Source: Chrysomallon squamiferum
Taxonomy: Eukaryota; Animalia; Mollusca
Assembly: GCA_012295275.1 (NCBI GenBank)
Contig: CM022675.1
Coordinates: 14,384,001 to 14,448,000 of the forward strand
DNA: 64,000 nt
Direction: 5' to 3'
The notes under the pieces were generated by a model, which searched no databases, was not told the origin of the DNA, and saw only the letters and a list, made by a program, of their open reading frames with translations. Both the position numbers and the translations under genes were made by a program. This document shows, piece after piece, positions 58,221-64,000 of this stretch; the first letter of the stretch is position 1, and every line of letters starts with the position of its first letter.

Positions 58221-58819
58221 CAGTAATACGTATAAAACTGTGTGGTCTTGTTAGAAAGTTTACATACTGGTATCTGTCAACGTTTTTTTTATTTGTTTTT
58301 ATTTATATATATATTTTTTTATTGTTATTATTTTCAAACACAAAACTATTATATTCATCTTTTATTATTATGAACAAAGTGTATATGTAACTCTTGACTA
58401 AGACCACCCAGTCGGTGATATTATCTACACCGCTGACATCAATGAGAAACGTCCACACTGTTTGAAATACAGCAGGTTTTTTTCCCATACACAGAAGGAT
58501 AACTTACTATGTGTAACTCTATCACCTATATACAACCCGCATTTCACTGATTATATATTTAAGGGTGCGAGACAAGCGCAATTACGCGAGTGACAATGTA
58601 CTTTTTAGCTGAACGAATTTATTTATCGCTAAATTAAACTCCAAATGTCGTGTTTTTCAACCGCTGCTGGGTGTTTGCTTAAATAATATCAGCTGAGTGG
58701 AGAGCAGCATGTGGCAGTGAAGAGGAGTTAATCAAGTTTTTTCGGGCACGTGACTGGAAGTTTCTGTAGTATTTCTGCTTGATTTACGATATGAGGGTGT
58801 TGTGTGATAGAAAAAATGG

Positions 58820-58850
<31 letters not shown>

Positions 58851-59084
58851 CACTCTCTCTTATTGTCTTTCATTCTATCATTCTGTCTGTGATTCTCTGT
58901 ATATCTATGAATTTATCTGTCTCTGTCTGTCAGTCTGTCTGTCTGTCTTTCTTTCAGTCTGTTAGTTTATCAGATAATCTGTCTGTCTTTCTATTTATTT
59001 AACTTTCTATGTATATATTTTTCTATCAATCTGTATGTCTGAATGTATGTCTGTCTGTCTATCTATCTCTCAGTCTACCTAATT

Positions 59085-59200
59085 ATATCTATCTATTGAT
59101 CTGTATATCTATATCTATCTATTGATCTGTATATCTTTATCTATCTATTGATCTGTATATCTATATCTGTCTATTGATCTGTATATCTATATCTGTCTAT
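59085..59200. repeat. 26-bp minisatellite, 4 copies
   Basis: ATTGATCTG starts at 59095, 59121, 59147 and 59173. Confidence 0.9.
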
Positions 59201-60894
59201 CCTTCTATCTATCTATCTATTTATAAATATCTGTCTGTCTGTCTTTATGTTTGTCTTTCAGCATATATGTCTCTTAGTTACATTTATCAGTTTAAACAAA
59301 ATAAAACACAGCACATAAACTAATAATAACAACTGAGTATATCATGTAATAAAAACTCATTAAGCAGACGGCATAAAATAACTCATTTATTAAAACGAAT
59401 TCAGCACAAATAAAAAATCATTTAAAACGAAACAAAAGTAACTATGTGAAATAAAGTAAAATAAATTTTAATATGAAAAAATATAATAATAAAAGAGAGT
59501 GAGATATTAATTTAAATAATGAAATAAAAATAAAATAAAACTTAGAACAAAAGCCTGCACCGAGTAAAATGAAATTAGGTTTTCAACGACACCTACAAAA
59601 ATACATCATATCTGGTGATAAACGGGATAAATAATTATTTTTCAATAATCCATATTTATATAGAATTTAAATTTAAATTAAAACACAGATAACTGTGAAA
59701 ATGCAATCATCACAGTTAAGGAACAATACAGAGAGAACTGTTTCAAAATAAACTGTAATCATATAGACTTAAGAGCAATGGAGTGCATTACATAAATCTT
59801 TCATTGTCGCTGTTACGATATAAAATTAATAAATATAAACTCTCTTGTCGCTGGGACCTAACAGTCCCGTTTACGTACAACAAAACGTCAAGGCGGTTAC
59901 CACGTTCGCTGTATAATAAATAATGTAAGTATGCGGAGGGGTGAGATCCGATATCGTCAACAGCGATAAAGACGTCTCTATCTCTGAAAGAATTACCTGC
60001 TGCGAGAATAATTGAAAGCTTTAATTATACAAAAGTCAGTCATCGCCGATCAATTAAAACCAGCATTCAGCACGTCTGCCGGGAAACCTCCCCCCTACCC
60101 GCATCTGATGGTACATTGTTTATTTAGCCTCTCTTTCGGAAGAGACACTCTGCCGCTGACTCCGCATGCGCGATTGTTTCGCGCAGTTATCGTTGGTCCA
60201 GTGGTCTGTTGAGCGCACTAGTCCGAGGTAGCCGTTCCCTTTATTGAGTTATGCGGCGTTGACACAGCGTCAGTGCACTGGGTGCGAGTTGTCAGAAGTC
60301 GACGGGGTCATTGGATTGTTCCTTATAATGATTTTTTGGCACCCTCACTTTATTGCTCTTCTCATTATCATAATTTATGCGTATCAACGGGAGACTATCT
60401 TGGTGAAACGCAGAGCCTGAGAGAGAGATTGACGAACACGGCGAGTGATAAAATACTTTGTGACATTTGACCTTTACTCATAACGTCAGATTATATGAAG
60501 ATAAAAAAAAAAAGGTTATACAGTCTATGAGGTTCAGAACCGAAGCCATTTCGTGCAATCCATTAAAAAATGTCTTGATTATACGTTAACTTTTTTGTTG
60601 TTGTTGTTGTTGTTTTCAAGATTTTTTCTGTTATTATTTATGGAATGGGGGACGGTGTTAGTTTCTGCAGGATGAAAATATTACTCCTTTCACACCACCC
60701 CGCGCTAAAATATAAAATCTAATAAAAGTGTCACACGCCAAGTCGCCGTGACACAGTCTCACAGAGTCACACTGAGACATCGCATCACTTCTTTCATCTT
60801 GACCCATCAAGTCCAAGCGCTACATTTTATCTGATAACCACTGCTGAACTGCACTGCACTCCGTTCCATGACATTACAGTCAAATATAATTCTG

Positions 60895-61160
60895 TTTCTC
60901 TGTACACCATACCAACCTGTGTTATACCAGCCTAAACTATATGATAGCTTCCTAAACTGTAACGATACTAGCCTATACTGTATGCTACTAACCTGTACTG
61001 TACGATACCAATCTAAACTGTACAATACCAACCTATACTGTATGATGCAGCCTCTACTGTGTGATACCAGCCTATACCTATTCTGTATGATACCTTCTTA
61101 AACTGCACGATTACAGCCTAAACTGTATGATAGAAACCTACACTATAATTTCACCTAAAC
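60895..61160. repeat. Degenerate about 20-bp tandem repeat
   Basis: Approximate consensus ATACCARCCTAWACTGTATG, roughly a dozen diverged copies. Confidence 0.75.
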
Positions 61161-61359
61161 GATGAGAGAGAAATTAAAAAAATAGCATTGAAGGTGAAAA
61201 CACTGTCTCTGTTCTCTCTCTTTTTGATGGAGTAGGGTGGCTTGCTGTAATACCACACAACATGATTTGTAATGAATGGTAAAACTTAATAAATCATCGC
61301 TAACTCATATATGACTGCAGTGTGATAACATGCACAGTGTAACAGCAAGGAGCTTGACA

Positions 61360-61965
61360 GGAAATATCTTGTAACAACATGGAACATAACAGAATATGAG
61401 AAGTGGACACAACAACACATTTTCTATTATGGCATGAAAAACACATTCATTATTACATTATGCAAAGTAAAATCAACGAAATGGAATTGAATAACAAAAA
61501 CAAACTGGTATTTGACAATACATACACATTATAATAGTGTGGAGCGAGACAGTATATGCATAAATACATCAATACATTACGGAGCATAACCAAACACGTT
61601 GTAACAGTATGGTACGTGACAATGTATACATGTATACATTATAACATTAATGTGGAGTTTGACGATACACACATACATTATAAGATCATGGAGCAATTCA
61701 AAACATCATAATAATGTGGACAATAACCATATACATTATAACATTATGGAGCATAAGAATATAGATTAATACATTATGGAGCATAAACATTTATATTATA
61801 AAATTATGGAGTATAACCATATACATTATGACATTATAAAATTATGAAGCATTATCATATATATTATAAAAATATGGACATACTGATGGTGATTTCACAT
61901 AAATGTACTGATTAACAGAATCGGGTTTTATGATATACTTGTAAATACCTGAATATGGAGCATAA
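61360..61965. repeat. Degenerate about 30-bp tandem repeat
   Basis: ATACATTATAACATTATGGAGCATAAC-like motif recurring with increasing divergence towards the edges. Confidence 0.7.
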
Positions 61966-64000
61966 TAAGACACATTTAGTCACAGACCATTCATTACTAA
62001 GTACACCTTGCACGATACAAAAGTCTGGAATGTGGCGCGTTATGGTATTTTAATTGCAGGGGAGCTGTCAACGTGCAGGGAATTTAATATTATGGACGTT
62101 ATTTCATAAAAGTGAGGAGCTTAAAAGCACATAATCCTGTGTAACCTGAAATATCTCATTTGAAATGACGTAGTTTCGTTACGACCCACTGAAAACAAAG
62201 ACGAGAACTTGTTCATTATATACATGCACCCGTTTTTCCGTTCGAACAGATCTCGTAAGAGACGCGAAACTGAAACAGCAAGCGTATTGTTTTACTTCTT
62301 ATGATTAGAAGTGGGAAGCCTATTTTAAGTGATACCCGTCTCACTTCAGCTGTAACTGTTAGTTAATTACGCAGGCAACATTTCAAGTTGATATCAAGTT
62401 TACAAGTCAATTACCGCGTATTTGTACGCCTCGCAACATCAACTGTATTCTGTTAACTTTGCACAAAACCGCTACTCGGGCATGTGGACATTTTGAAATG
62501 ATTCGCTATTGACGCCCCAGCATATATCAGCTGCTGTCAGAACGTATATCACCATGTTGTAAATACGAGACTCTCTGGCTCTTAGTATGTGTTTATTTAA
62601 ACTTTTAAATACGCCATAATAACATTATATCGTTTTGTTAGTGTTTATTTATAAATTTATATCTCTAGTAGTACATCTAACATTAAATTACTTCCAACTT
62701 ATTATTAGTAATAGTAATAGCAGTAGCGGTAGCAGTAGTAGTATTTTCTTTATTATTGTCATTGCTCATAACTGAGTATGGCAGTTAAATCAGTGTTAGA
62801 AAATATCTGATGGCAATCTTTTATCTTTCTACAAAAGCAGTCGTGACGTCATAACGTACATAGCGGACTGGTATTTGTATTTTTTCAACAACATTAGAAG
62901 ATCGGTCCGCATGCACATAATGACGTCGTTTTTCAAAATTAAATAGCAAAATAATAATAAATAAAATTAAGTTAAACTTTCTTGTTTGTTTCTTTATAAT
63001 ATCAAAACAAAACTTATTAAACACATTGGTTATTAACTTAACTCTCTTAAGAGCCTCGAAGAAAAATGAAGAAGAAGAGCCAAAGACAATGTTAAATGTG
63101 TCAAGTATTACTTAGATTGTCACTTTAAACAGAACACAATCGTCATCTCAGTCAGCTTTCTGTTAAAACGTCTAGATACATGTGACTTCCATAGAAAAAT
63201 AAAACCAGCAAACTATATACTTCAATAGACTCTTACTACAATGTTAAATAAAAATATTTTAAAAAACCCAAATACTCGAATTTCTGGTAAACAGAGTATG
63301 CATCAACCATTTTGACAGGAAAATTTGCACATTTTCCAGAATATGTCATTCCAAACATTTAAATTTAAACAGTTATTTCATATTAAATATCCATGATCAT
63401 AACACAGAAACCTGTTTTTTTTCTCCTTTTTTTTTTTTTTTCTTTTTTCTTTTAAGCAATGCTTATATTACAATATATAAAGGTGAAAATATACTTCGTA
63501 AATTCAGAAAGTTTATTTTATTGAATTTTTTTAACATTGTAGTAACAGTCTACTAAAGTAGATTTTTCGATGTCTTTGTTAGAGAGCACTGCGGAAAACG
63601 GGAAAATCTAAAATCAGAACATTGCTGAGAATTGATCCAGTTGATCATTAGGTGTCAGATAAACCTGCAGTTCATAGACAAACAAGTACATAATCCTAAC
63701 CCTAAATATACCTGTACATAATTCTTATATTATGTTGTTATTGAGAAAGTATGGAACAGAATCATAGAACAACAATAGAAACATTCCCGATAAGCAAAGT
63801 GTTTTTTTCGTAGCAGCTGCAGTTTCGTACACAAAAAATAATAATAAAAAAAAAAAAAAAAAAAAAATCCGATGAAGTTAAAAATAAAACAGAATATACA
63901 AAACTAACACTATAAATAAATAAATAAATAATGACAATGATGATGATGTAATGCTGCTGCTGCTAATGATGATGATACCAACAATAACAATAATAATAAT

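Overview
AT-rich, microsatellite-dense animal genomic DNA. Repeat style and a SINE remnant suggest a mollusc, probably a cephalopod (inference). The only supported protein-coding gene is a two-exon engrailed-class homeobox gene on the + strand: exon 1 CDS 18257-18665, a 14,196-bp phase-1 intron, exon 2 CDS 32862-33169, giving 238 aa with EH1, EH2, EH3, homeodomain and EH5. The rest is a gene desert in which short CpG-containing, motif-rich islands (candidate enhancers, promoters and CTCF sites) alternate with simple repeats. The most unusual structure is a ~9.6-kb minisatellite array (43523-53110; 34/36/41/43-bp unit variants) that switches strand twice (forward-inverted-forward), has fold-back junctions and contains nested higher-order repeats. 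It may be a real inverted rearrangement or an assembly artefact. No CRISPR array, RNA gene or intact transposase/RT ORF is supported, and nearly all other listed ORFs are simple-repeat translations. I cannot demonstrate a new biological system; the best leads are the array architecture and the engrailed regulatory landscape.
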